Assembly (NCBI RefSeq): GCF_001457595.1
Contig: NZ_LN831039.1
Location: forward strand, 4,410,001-4,442,000
Length of the DNA: 32,000 nt
Direction of reading: 5' to 3'
From: Mycolicibacterium smegmatis
GTDB lineage: Bacteria > Actinomycetota > Actinomycetes > Mycobacteriales > Mycobacteriaceae
Of the stretch, positions 9,011-17,706 are shown piece by piece. Positions within the stretch are counted from its first letter, which is position 1, and every line of letters begins with the position of its first letter. The translations under genes and the position numbers were made by a program. The notes under the pieces are model-generated. The model had not been told where the DNA came from, did not search any database, and worked only from the letters and a program-made list of their open reading frames with translations.

Positions 9011-10012
9011 GTGACGGATCAAATGCCTGATCTTCGACGGTTGCGTCAATTCGTCGCAGTGGCCGACGCCGGCAGCGTGACGGCCGCAGCCGCGGCGCTG
9101 CACCTTAGCCAGCAAGCGCTGAGCAGCTCGATACAGCAACTTGAGAAACAGCTCGGCGCGACGCTGTTCCACCGGGAGGGACGCCGCTTGCGCCTCACGC
9201 GCGCCGGCGAGGTGCTCCTGGTCGAAGGGCGACCGCTGCTGGCTGCCGCACACACCATCGCCGCGCGTGTCGAGCAGACCGCCCACCGTGCCGACGAGGC
9301 CTACGTCATCGGCCACACCCCCGCGCTCAGCGGTATCGAGGCCTATACGCACGTCGAACGCGCCATCACCGCGTTCCCGGACGTGTCGTTCACCTTCCGC
9401 CAGTTCTATCCCGACGCCCTCGTCGAGGCCGTGCTCGACGGCACCGTGCACCTGGGGCTGCGCCGGGGCGTGGTGCCCACCAGCGCGGTCGCCACGGCGG
9501 TGCTGGGCTTCGACCGTGTCCGCCTCGCCCTGCCGCGCGACCACCGCCTGGCGGGCAAAGCTTCCGTCGACATCAGCGACGTTGCCGGCGAACGCATCGC
9601 GTTGTGGGCGCCACCCGGCGCGTCGTACTACAGCGACTTCCTCATGGGAGCGTGCCGCCGCGCCGGCTTCGAACCCGACTACGTCGTCAGTCGCGTGCAG
9701 GGCGCGGCCACCGTGGCCGCCCCGCTGACCACCGACGCCATCGCGTTCGTCACCGCACCCGCAGGCGCGGCGATGGACGGCCGTGTTGTCGTGGTCGACC
9801 TGCAGCCCGAACTGCTCGTCGGCGCACAGGCGTTGTGGCAGCGCCACACCCACTCGGCCATCCGCGACATGTTGCTCGCCGACGGCCGGCGCGATTCACA
9901 TGACGAGATCCAGGCATGCGTACGCGACGAGGCCGCTGATGATGCTCAACGTCAGGTTCTTCCACCGCAAGGACACGACAAGGGCGGCCGCGCCGGCCAA
10001 CGTCGCGGGTGA
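9011..10012 (+). CDS. LysR-family transcriptional regulator
   Basis: N-terminal HTH (LRRLRQFVAVADAGSVTAAAAALHLSQQALSSSIQQLEKQLGATLFHREGRRLRLT) and substrate-binding domain; divergent from an SDR gene. The last ~40 residues look non-homologous. Confidence 0.88.
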   Translation: MTDQMPDLRRLRQFVAVADAGSVTAAAAALHLSQQALSSSIQQLEKQLGATLFHREGRRLRLTRAGEVLLVEGRPLLAAAHTIAARVEQTAHRADEAYVIGHTPALSGIEAYTHVERAITAFPDVSFTFRQFYPDALVEAVLDGTVHLGLRRGVVPTSAVATAVLGFDRVRLALPRDHRLAGKASVDISDVAGERIALWAPPGASYYSDFLMGACRRAGFEPDYVVSRVQGAATVAAPLTTDAIAFVTAPAGAAMDGRVVVVDLQPELLVGAQALWQRHTHSAIRDMLLADGRRDSHDEIQACVRDEAADDAQRQVLPPQGHDKGGRAGQRRG

Positions 10013-10105
10013 GACCGGTTGGATGCGACCGTCGCCGATCAGCAGCGAGAACGCGGCCGTCTCGAAGATGCTGACGCCGTTGTGGGTTCCCGCCAAACCG
10101 GCCAC
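9896..10105 (-). pseudogene. 5'-truncated AzlD-like (branched-chain amino acid transport) remnant
   Basis: Minus-strand frame ends ...FETAAFSLLIGDGRIQPVSPATLAGAAALVVSLRWKNLTLSIISGLVAYACLDLVM, resembling the AzlD C-terminal transmembrane region. Upstream residues are not AzlD-like. Overlaps the LysR 3' end. Confidence 0.45.
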
Positions 10106-10245
10106 CGCTGCGAACGGGCGATCCGATGAGCAAGGGCAGCATCGCCACGCATCCGGAGCGCAGTGCGCCCCCTGGCCGTCCCACTGGTGCCGCTTCTCCC
10201 CTCGCCTCTGCCATCCCACACGCGTACCGGGGCGGCAGAGAACTT

Positions 10246-11802
10246 TCAGCCGATCCTGGCGAGCACCTCCGTCGCCGCGGCGAGTGCACGCTCGCGGTCC
10301 TCGGTGACCAGTCCGATGCGGGTGCGCCGGTCGAGGATGTCGTCGACGGTCATCGCGCCCTCGTGCGTCACGGCGTACTCGAATTCGGCTCGTGTGACGT
10401 CGATTCCGTCGGCCACCGGTTCGACCGGACGCGCACACGTCGCCTGGGCGATGACGTTGTGCGCCTCGGCGCCGTAGCGCGCCACCAGAGATCCGGGGAG
10501 TTCGACCTGCGCGCGCAGCGTGGTCACCGGGTTCGCGGGTGCACCGACGAGCGGCAGGTTGCGCGTGCGGCACTCCCCCGCGTCGAGCCCACGCAGTGCG
10601 ACCGCACGGTCCAGCACGTCCTCTGCCATGTACCGGTATTCGGTGAGTTTGCCGCCGACCACGCTCAGCACACCGTCGGGCGATTCGACCACGGCGTGCT
10701 CGCGCGACAGGTCTGCGGTGCGGCCTTCGCCCGCGTCGATCAGCGGGCGCAGCCCTGCGTAGGTGCCGCGCACATCGGCGGGCGTCAGCGTGGTGGCCAG
10801 TGCGGTGTTGACGGTGTCGAGCAGAAACGAGATCTCGGCCGGGGTGGCCTGCGGCACATCGGGTATCGGCCCTGGCGCGTCCTCGTCGGTGAGTCCCAGG
10901 TAGATACGGCCGAGTTGTTCGGGCATCGCGAACACGAACCGGTTGAGCTCACCGGGGATCGGAATGGTCAGCGCCGCAGTGGGGTTGCCGAACGCGGCGG
11001 CGTCGAACACCAGGTGTGTGCCGCGACTGGGACGCAGCCTGATCGTCGGGTCCACCTGGCCCGCCCACACCCCGGCAGCGTTGATCACCACGCGTGCGCG
11101 CACGTCGAAAGACGACCCGGTGCGGTGGTCGGTGAGCCGCACCGACTCCTCGGTCGCGTGATCGGCGGATACACGGGTGAGGATGCGTGCGCCGTGCTGG
11201 GCCGCGGTGCGGGCCACCGCGACCACCAGGCGCGCGTCGTCGACCAGTTGGCCGTCGTAGGCGAGGAAACCACCCTCGAGGCCGTCGGTGCGGACGGTGG
11301 GGGCCATCGCCACGGCACGCGCGGCGTCGATGCGGCGCGAGCGTGGCAGTGTGGCGGCGCTGGTGCCCGCGAGCTTGCGCAGACCGTCGCCGGCGAGGAA
11401 TCCGGTGCGGATCAACGCTCGGGATGCCCGGTTCATCGACGGCAACAGCGGCACGAGCTGCGGCATGGCCTTGACGAGGTGAGGGGCGTTGCGGCCCATG
11501 AGGATTCCGCGTTCGACGGCGCTGCGGCGGGCGATGCCGACGTTGCCGGTCGCGAGGTAGCGCAGACCGCCGTGTACCAGCTTGGAGCTCCAGCGGCTTG
11601 TGCCGAACGCCAGGTCGTGTTTCTCGACCAGCGCGACGCGCAGCCCGCGGGTCGCGGCATCCAGCGCGATGCCGGCACCGGTGATGCCTCCCCCGATCAC
11701 CAGGACGTCGACGTGTTCTCCGGCGGCGAGCGTGTCGAGTTCGGCGGCGCGCCGTTCGGCGTTCAGCGCCGTGCGGCTCGCAGCGCCCTGCGACGCGGTC
11801 AC
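10246..11802 (-). CDS. glpD: Aerobic glycerol-3-phosphate dehydrogenase
   Basis: HVDVLVIGGGITGAGIALDAATRGLRVALVEKHDLAFGTSRWSSKLVHGGLRYL; GTG start overlaps the TetR stop (GTGA). Same pairing as Rv2249c-Rv2250c. Confidence 0.92.
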   Translation of the reverse strand: MTASQGAASRTALNAERRAAELDTLAAGEHVDVLVIGGGITGAGIALDAATRGLRVALVEKHDLAFGTSRWSSKLVHGGLRYLATGNVGIARRSAVERGILMGRNAPHLVKAMPQLVPLLPSMNRASRALIRTGFLAGDGLRKLAGTSAATLPRSRRIDAARAVAMAPTVRTDGLEGGFLAYDGQLVDDARLVVAVARTAAQHGARILTRVSADHATEESVRLTDHRTGSSFDVRARVVINAAGVWAGQVDPTIRLRPSRGTHLVFDAAAFGNPTAALTIPIPGELNRFVFAMPEQLGRIYLGLTDEDAPGPIPDVPQATPAEISFLLDTVNTALATTLTPADVRGTYAGLRPLIDAGEGRTADLSREHAVVESPDGVLSVVGGKLTEYRYMAEDVLDRAVALRGLDAGECRTRNLPLVGAPANPVTTLRAQVELPGSLVARYGAEAHNVIAQATCARPVEPVADGIDVTRAEFEYAVTHEGAMTVDDILDRRTRIGLVTEDRERALAAATEVLARIG

Positions 11803-12383
11803 GGCTTGAGGTATCCGTTCAGCGAGTACGCCAACTCCCGTGCGAGCGCGTCGGCGTCGAGGATGGGCGCAACCATCTGCGCGGACTGGATGGCCGACTG
11901 CGTGATCAGCAGGCACATGGTGGCCAGCTGGCGCGCATCCCCGGCGCGCACGCTGCCGCCCTCCTGGGCGATCTTGATCTCCCCGGCGACCGCGTCGATG
12001 AGGATCTGCTGGCTGGTGCCCAGGCGCTCGGCGATGTAGACCATCGCGACGTCCGGCGCGGTGTGCAGCACGGCCATGATCACCTCGTCGTGGCGCAGGC
12101 GCTCGGCCACCGCGACGATGCGGCGCACGAGTGCCTCCCGCCCCCGCGCATCCGATTCGACCTCGTCGAGCACGCGCACGATCCGGGCCGTGAGCAGCGC
12201 CGCGAGTATCGACCGCGTATCGGGGAAGCGTCGATAGACGGTGGGTCTGCTGACGCCGGCACGTCGCGCGATCTCGGCCAGTGTCACGCGGTCGACGCCG
12301 AACGCCATCACGCAGCTGGCCGCGGCCTCGAGAATCCGCTCGCCGAGCGATTCACCCGCATCGTCGTTACTGATTGACACCAT
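11799..12383 (-). CDS. TetR-family transcriptional regulator
   Basis: VTLAEIARRAGVSRPTVYRRFPDTRSILAAL helix-turn-helix; start ATG at MVSISNDDAGE. Confidence 0.9.
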   Translation of the reverse strand: MVSISNDDAGESLGERILEAAASCVMAFGVDRVTLAEIARRAGVSRPTVYRRFPDTRSILAALLTARIVRVLDEVESDARGREALVRRIVAVAERLRHDEVIMAVLHTAPDVAMVYIAERLGTSQQILIDAVAGEIKIAQEGGSVRAGDARQLATMCLLITQSAIQSAQMVAPILDADALARELAYSLNGYLKP

Positions 12384-12389
12384 GTGTAA

Positions 12390-12396
12390 TACTGTA
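12390..12396. promoter_or_regulatory. Overlapping divergent -10 elements for the TetR and FAD-oxidase genes
   Basis: TACTGTA: plus-strand TACTGT at 12390-12395 and minus-strand TACAGT at 12391-12396, both about 7 nt before the start codons. Confidence 0.4.
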
Positions 12397-12400
12397 ACGC

Positions 12401-14011
12401 ATGACGCGACCCGCCGAGCGGTTACTGCCCCCGATGAAGTGGAACGCCTGGGGTGACCCGCAGGCGGCCAAGCCGCTGTCCGACGGCATCCGGGCCCTGC
12501 TGCAGCAGGCACTGGGGGTCACCGACTCCCCCGCGCAGATCTCGCCCGAAGACATCACGCTGCGCCCCTCGGCGCTCACCGCCGCGGACCGCGACGCGTT
12601 GGCCGCCGTCGTCGGCGAGCAGTACTGCCGCACCGACGACACCGCGCGCCTGCTGCACGCGGGTGGCAAGTCGACGCTGGATCTCCTGCGCCGCAACACT
12701 TCCGGCGTCCAGGACGCACCCGATGCGATCCTGCTGCCCGGCGACGAGGACGCCGTGGCCGCGATCCTGCGGTACTGCACCGAGCACCGCATCGCGATCG
12801 TCCCGTTCGGCGGCGGCACCAGCGTCGTCGGCGGCCTCGATCCGCTGCGCGGCGAATTCGGCGCCGTGGTCTCACTGGACCTGCGTCGCCTCGACGCCCT
12901 GCACCACCTCGACGAGATCTCGGGTGAAGCCGAACTCGGCGCGGGCGTGACGGGCCCGCAGGCCGAGGAACTGCTCGGCGCGCATGGCTTCTCGCTCGGG
13001 CATTTCCCGCAGAGCTTCCAGTTCGCCACCATCGGCGGGTTCGCGGCGACACGGTCGTCGGGCCAGAACTCCGCGGGGTACGGCCGGTTCGACGACATGG
13101 TCCGTGGACTGCGCGCGGTGACCCCTGCCGGTGTGCTCGACCTCGGCCGCGCGCCGGCCTCGGCAGCAGGCCCGGATCTGCGCCAACTGCTGCTCGGGTC
13201 CGAGGGCGTGTTCGGCGTCATCACCCGGGTGCGGGTGCGCGTGCACCCGGTGCCAGAGTCGACGCGGTACGAGGCGTGGTCGTTCCCCGATTTCGCCACG
13301 GGCGCAGACGCATTGCGCGCCGTGGTGCAGACCGGCACCGGCCCGACGGTGATCCGCCTGTCCGACGAGGCCGAGACCGGCGTCAACCTCGCCACCACGG
13401 ACAACATCGGCGAGCAGTCGATCACAGGCGGATGCCTGGCAGTCACGGTGTTCGAGGGATCCCCCGAACACACCGCCAGCAGGCACGCCGAGACCCGCGC
13501 CCTGCTCGAACGCCTCGGCGGCACCTCGCTGGGCGAGGTCCCCGCCAGGGCGTGGGAACACGGGCGGTTCGGGGCGCCCTATCTGCGCGATTCCTTGCTG
13601 GCCGCGGGAGCGTTGTGCGAGACCCTGGAGACCGCCACCAACTGGTCCAATGTCGCGGCGCTCAAAACCGCTGTGACAGAAGCGCTGACGGCGACCCTTG
13701 CCGAATCCGGGACGCAGGCACTGGTGCTGTGCCACATTTCGCATGTGTACCCGACAGGCGCGTCGTTGTATTTCACCGTCGTCGCCGCACAGCGCGGCGA
13801 CGCCGCCGAACAGTGGCGCAAGGCGAAAACCGCGGCCTCCGAGGCCATGGTGCGCAACGGCGCAACCATCACACACCACCACGCGGTCGGCGCCGATCAC
13901 CGCCCGTGGATGACCGAAGAGGTCGGCGATCTCGGCGTCGCGGTGCTGCGCGCGGTCAAGGCCACATTGGACCCCGCCGGAATCCTCAACCCGGGCAAGC
14001 TGATTCCGTGA
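12401..14011 (+). CDS. FAD-binding oxidase, alkyldihydroxyacetonephosphate synthase-like (Rv2251-type)
   Basis: IVPFGGGTSVVGGLDPLRG PP-loop and C-terminal DPAGILNPGKLIP; 536 aa. Confidence 0.9.
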   Translation: MTRPAERLLPPMKWNAWGDPQAAKPLSDGIRALLQQALGVTDSPAQISPEDITLRPSALTAADRDALAAVVGEQYCRTDDTARLLHAGGKSTLDLLRRNTSGVQDAPDAILLPGDEDAVAAILRYCTEHRIAIVPFGGGTSVVGGLDPLRGEFGAVVSLDLRRLDALHHLDEISGEAELGAGVTGPQAEELLGAHGFSLGHFPQSFQFATIGGFAATRSSGQNSAGYGRFDDMVRGLRAVTPAGVLDLGRAPASAAGPDLRQLLLGSEGVFGVITRVRVRVHPVPESTRYEAWSFPDFATGADALRAVVQTGTGPTVIRLSDEAETGVNLATTDNIGEQSITGGCLAVTVFEGSPEHTASRHAETRALLERLGGTSLGEVPARAWEHGRFGAPYLRDSLLAAGALCETLETATNWSNVAALKTAVTEALTATLAESGTQALVLCHISHVYPTGASLYFTVVAAQRGDAAEQWRKAKTAASEAMVRNGATITHHHAVGADHRPWMTEEVGDLGVAVLRAVKATLDPAGILNPGKLIP

Positions 14012-14910
14012 CCGGCCGCGTCACCGTCCTGACCAATCCGATGTCGGGGCACGGCAACGCGCCGCACGCCGCCGAACGTGCCGTGGTGCGACTTCAGCAG
14101 CGCGGTGTCGACGTCACCGCGATCGTGGGCCGCGACGCCAGACACGCCCGTGAACTCGTGCGCGAGCATCTCGACCGCGGCACCGACGCGCTCGTGGTGG
14201 TCGGCGGTGACGGCGTGATCGGTTTGGCGCTGCAGGAGTTGGCGGGCACCGATGTTCCGCTGGGTATCGTCCCGGCGGGCACAGGTAACGACCACGCCCG
14301 CGAATACCGCATCCCCACCGGCGATCCCGAGGCCGCGGCCGACGTCATCGCCGACGGGCACACCCGCACCGTTGACCTGGGCCGCATCGACGCCGACGAC
14401 GGCACCCGCCGGTGGTTCGGCACGGTCGTCGCCACCGGGTTCGACTCACTGGTCAGCGACCGCGCCAACCGGATGTCCTGGCCGCACGGACGAATGCGTT
14501 ACAACCTCGCGATGGTGGCCGAGCTGTCGAAGCTGCGGCTCCTGCCGTTCCGGCTGTCGTTCGACGGCGGGGATGCCGAGGACCACGCGCTCACCATGAC
14601 CGCGATCGGCAACACCCGCAGTTACGGCGGCGGAATGCTGATCTGCCCCGGCGCCGATCCCACCGACGGCCTGCTCGACATCACGATGATCGCCTCGGCC
14701 TCACGGTCACGCCTGATCCGGTTGTTCCCGACGGTCTTCAAGGGCACGCACGTGAACCTCGACACCGTCACCACCCGGCGCGCGAGAAGCGTGCGCGTCG
14801 AATGCCCGGGTATCAACGCCTACGCCGACGGGGATTTCGCGGCGCCACTGCCCGCCACTATCACCGCGGTCCCCGGGGCGCTGAAGATTTTGACGTCAGC
14901 CCCCGGCTGA
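14008..14910 (+). CDS. Diacylglycerol/lipid kinase family protein (Rv2252-type)
   Basis: TNPMSGHGN, VVVGGDGVIGLALQ and GTGNDHAREY motifs; start GTG at 14008 overlaps the previous stop; the listed ORF 13276..14910 is over-extended. Confidence 0.9.
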   Translation: MTGRVTVLTNPMSGHGNAPHAAERAVVRLQQRGVDVTAIVGRDARHARELVREHLDRGTDALVVVGGDGVIGLALQELAGTDVPLGIVPAGTGNDHAREYRIPTGDPEAAADVIADGHTRTVDLGRIDADDGTRRWFGTVVATGFDSLVSDRANRMSWPHGRMRYNLAMVAELSKLRLLPFRLSFDGGDAEDHALTMTAIGNTRSYGGGMLICPGADPTDGLLDITMIASASRSRLIRLFPTVFKGTHVNLDTVTTRRARSVRVECPGINAYADGDFAAPLPATITAVPGALKILTSAPG

Positions 14911-14918
14911 CGCGAGAG

Positions 14919-14963
14919 CGACGAAAACGTCGCCACACCACGCGTGCGGCGACGTTTTCGTCG
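14919..14963. terminator. Hairpin between convergent kinase and DUF3145 genes
   Basis: 16-bp perfect arms CGACGAAAACGTCGCC / GGCGACGTTTTCGTCG with a 13-nt loop. Confidence 0.65.
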
Positions 14964-14977
14964 ATCTCGGTGAAGTT

Positions 14978-15490
14978 CTAGCCCACGCCCCGGTTGAGCC
15001 AGGTCATCTCGCCGGTGTCGCCACCGTTGCGGAAGGGCTCCAGGGACTCGTCCCACGCGGTGCCGAGCACGGTGTCGAGTTCGGCCGCGAGCATGTCGGC
15101 GCCGCCTGCCATCAGCGAGCGCAGCCGCATCTCGCCGACCATCACGTCGCCGTTGGCGCTCATGACGCCGCTCCACAGGCCGAGCTGCGGGGTGTGGCAC
15201 CAACGGTGCCCGTCGACCCCCGCGCTGGGATCCTCGGTGACCTCGAACCTCAGCACGGACCAGGACCGCAGGGCGTTGGCCAACTGCGCTCCGGTGCCTA
15301 CCGGTCCAACCCAGTTGGTGACCGCGCGGAGTTGGCCGGGCATGGCCGGTTGCGGGGTCCACTTCAGGTTGGCCCTCGCCGACAGGGTCGACGACAACGC
15401 CCACTCGACATGCGGGCATACCGCCGCGGGTGAGGCATGGATGTACACCACACCTGTCGCCGCGTCGGCGAACTGATTCGACGCACGCAT
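14978..15490 (-). CDS. DUF3145 domain-containing protein
   Basis: MRASNQFADAATGVVYIHASPAAVCPHVEWALSSTLSA, the recognised DUF3145 signature; upstream GGAG. Confidence 0.9.
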   Translation of the reverse strand: MRASNQFADAATGVVYIHASPAAVCPHVEWALSSTLSARANLKWTPQPAMPGQLRAVTNWVGPVGTGAQLANALRSWSVLRFEVTEDPSAGVDGHRWCHTPQLGLWSGVMSANGDVMVGEMRLRSLMAGGADMLAAELDTVLGTAWDESLEPFRNGGDTGEMTWLNRGVG

Positions 15491-15613
15491 TTGCTACTCC
15501 TTCGGCTCCACGAGGGACGTCTTCCCCAACGGCCTTGCGAAACCGGTCGAGCAAGCAAACGACTATGCGTTGTGCCTTGCGTGTCTATTGTGCCTTGTGA
15601 GACGCATGTTGCG

Positions 15614-16447
15614 CTAGTGTGTCCCGATTTCTCTCAGCACACCATCAGAGATCGCCGGCCACAGCGGGTACGTCCAGTCCCCGAAGTCACGGTCGGTGAG
15701 CACCAAAAGGGCCAGGTCAGCGACCGGATCGACCCACAGGAACGTGCCGGATTGGCCGAAATGGCCGAACGTGCGCGGCGAGTTGCTCGACCCCGTCCAG
15801 TGCGGCGTCTTGCCGTCGCGGATCTCGAACCCCAGGCCCCAGTCATTCGGCCGCTGCGAGCCGAATCCCGGCAACACGCCGTTGACACCCGGGAACTGCA
15901 CGGAGGTGGCCTCGTCGTGCATCTGCTGGGAAACCAGCGCGGGTCGCAGCAGGTCACCGGCGAACCGCGCCAGGTCCGAGACGGTCGAGGTGACCCCGAA
16001 GCCCGCCGCGTCGGCACCGCCCAGCAACTTCGACGTCGACATCCCGAGCGGCTCGAACACGGCCTCGGTCAGATACCGGCCGAACTCGATCTCCGCGGCG
16101 TCCTCGATCGCATGCGCCAGCAACCCGAATCCGAAGTTCGAGTACACGCGCCGCTGCCCCACCTGCGCCACGGTGTCCGCGGAGTTCATCGCGACGCCGG
16201 AGGTGTGCGCCAGCAGGTGGCGCACCGTCGAGCCGTCGGGCCCGGCCGGGGTGTCGAGTTCGACGACGCCCTCCTCGATCGCGACCTGCGCCGCGCGTGC
16301 CACCAACAGCTTGGTCACCGACGCCAACGCGAAAGGTTTCGCGTCGTCGCCGTGGGTGGCCAGCACCCCGGACGGCCCGATCACCGCTGCGGCGGCCGTC
16401 GGCACCGGCCACTCGTCGATCACCTTCAGTGCTTCACTCACGCTCAC
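15614..16447 (-). CDS. Beta-lactamase/penicillin-binding-type serine hydrolase
   Basis: SVTK (S-x-x-K) and YSN motifs, HLLAHTSG; Rv2257c-like position. Start GTG at 16447 (alternative 16441). Confidence 0.88.
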   Translation of the reverse strand: MSVSEALKVIDEWPVPTAAAAVIGPSGVLATHGDDAKPFALASVTKLLVARAAQVAIEEGVVELDTPAGPDGSTVRHLLAHTSGVAMNSADTVAQVGQRRVYSNFGFGLLAHAIEDAAEIEFGRYLTEAVFEPLGMSTSKLLGGADAAGFGVTSTVSDLARFAGDLLRPALVSQQMHDEATSVQFPGVNGVLPGFGSQRPNDWGLGFEIRDGKTPHWTGSSNSPRTFGHFGQSGTFLWVDPVADLALLVLTDRDFGDWTYPLWPAISDGVLREIGTH

Positions 16448-16487
16448 CGCACTGGATGCTACTGGGCGCCAACGAGTGGCCGGGCGG

Positions 16488-17600
16488 TCACCGCTTGCGT
16501 GCGACGTAGTAGTAGTTGATGGGGTCGGTGTCGATCTCGCGGACGACGATGTCGTCGAACCCGGCGTCGGCCAGCATCGAAGTGGCGAGCTCACGCCCCC
16601 ACACCGTGCCCAGCCCGTCGCCGTCGAGGGCCAGCGACACGGTCATGCAGTGCAGTGTCGACACCGTGTACAGGTACGGCGCGAACGGCACGCCGATGTT
16701 GTTCTCCACGTGGGTCGACGCCTTGATGTCGACCATGAGGAACACCCCGCCCGGGCGCAGGGCCCGGTGGATGTTCTCCAGGACCCGCGCCGGATGCGCC
16801 TGGTCGTGGATGGCGTCGAACGCGGTGATGACGTCATAGGCCTCGGTCTCGTCGAGTTCGGCGACGTCACGCGCGATGAACGTGGCGTTGTCCAGGCCCA
16901 GACGCTGCGCCTCGTCGCGTCCGGTGGCCAGACCCTCCTCGGAGAAGTCGATGCCGGTGCACCGGCTGGCGGGAAAGGCCTGTGCGATCACGTTCACCGC
17001 ATGCCCGCTGCCGCAGCCGATGTCGGCCAGATCCGCTCCGGCCTGCAGGCGGTCGACGAGACCGCTGGCCATCGGCAGGATGACGTCGATCAGGGCGGCG
17101 TCGAACACCTCACCGCTCTGCTCGGCCATCAGCCGGTGAAAGCGCGGATATTCGCTGTAGGGCAGGCCGCCGCCGTGGCGGAAGCGGTCGACGATCTTCT
17201 GTTCGACCTCGGCCAGCAGGGGGATGAACTGTGCGACGCGCGCGAGGTTGTCGGGGCCGGCCGCGCGGGTCAGCATCGCGGCCCGGTGTTCAGGCAGGTG
17301 GTAGGTGCGCTCGTCGGGCGCGTACTCGATCACCTTCGCGGCGACCAGGCCGCCGAGCCACTCGCGTACGTAGCGTTCGTTGAGGCCGGCAGCGTCGGCG
17401 ATCTGGGTGCTGGTGGCCGGCGGCAGTGACCGCATGGTGTCGAACAGGCCGGTCTGGTGCCCGATCGACAACAGGATCGCCGTGCTGGCGCTGTCGAGGC
17501 ATTCGACCACGCGTGCGGCGAAGTCCTCGGTGGTGTCGGGGGTGGGTGAAGTGGTGGTTGACACGGTTACCTCGTCGAGGTTCACATCTAGCGTCGTCAT
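16488..17600 (-). CDS. Class I SAM-dependent methyltransferase with N-terminal winged-helix-like domain (Rv2258c-type)
   Basis: [30 protein letters not shown]; [12 protein letters not shown]. Confidence 0.9.
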   Translation of the reverse strand: MTTLDVNLDEVTVSTTTSPTPDTTEDFAARVVECLDSASTAILLSIGHQTGLFDTMRSLPPATSTQIADAAGLNERYVREWLGGLVAAKVIEYAPDERTYHLPEHRAAMLTRAAGPDNLARVAQFIPLLAEVEQKIVDRFRHGGGLPYSEYPRFHRLMAEQSGEVFDAALIDVILPMASGLVDRLQAGADLADIGCGSGHAVNVIAQAFPASRCTGIDFSEEGLATGRDEAQRLGLDNATFIARDVAELDETEAYDVITAFDAIHDQAHPARVLENIHRALRPGGVFLMVDIKASTHVENNIGVPFAPYLYTVSTLHCMTVSLALDGDGLGTVWGRELATSMLADAGFDDIVVREIDTDPINYYYVARKR

Positions 17601-17706
17601 GCCCGAGACGCTATGGCCGGGACGCCCACCCCGACATCGGCCGAATGATGCGTTCGTGCCGACGCGAGATGGCGTAAATGATGTACGGCCCTCGGATGTG
17701 CCCGGT

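Noticed and set aside
10126-12039. 637-aa plus-strand ORF, the longest in the track
   Set aside because: Antisense to glpD and TetR, which both have clear family motifs. Low-complexity composition and no domain signal.
13276-14007. 5' extension of the lipid kinase ORF
   Set aside because: This part overlaps the FAD oxidase in another frame; kinase homology starts at TGRVTVLTNPMSG, consistent with GTG 14008.
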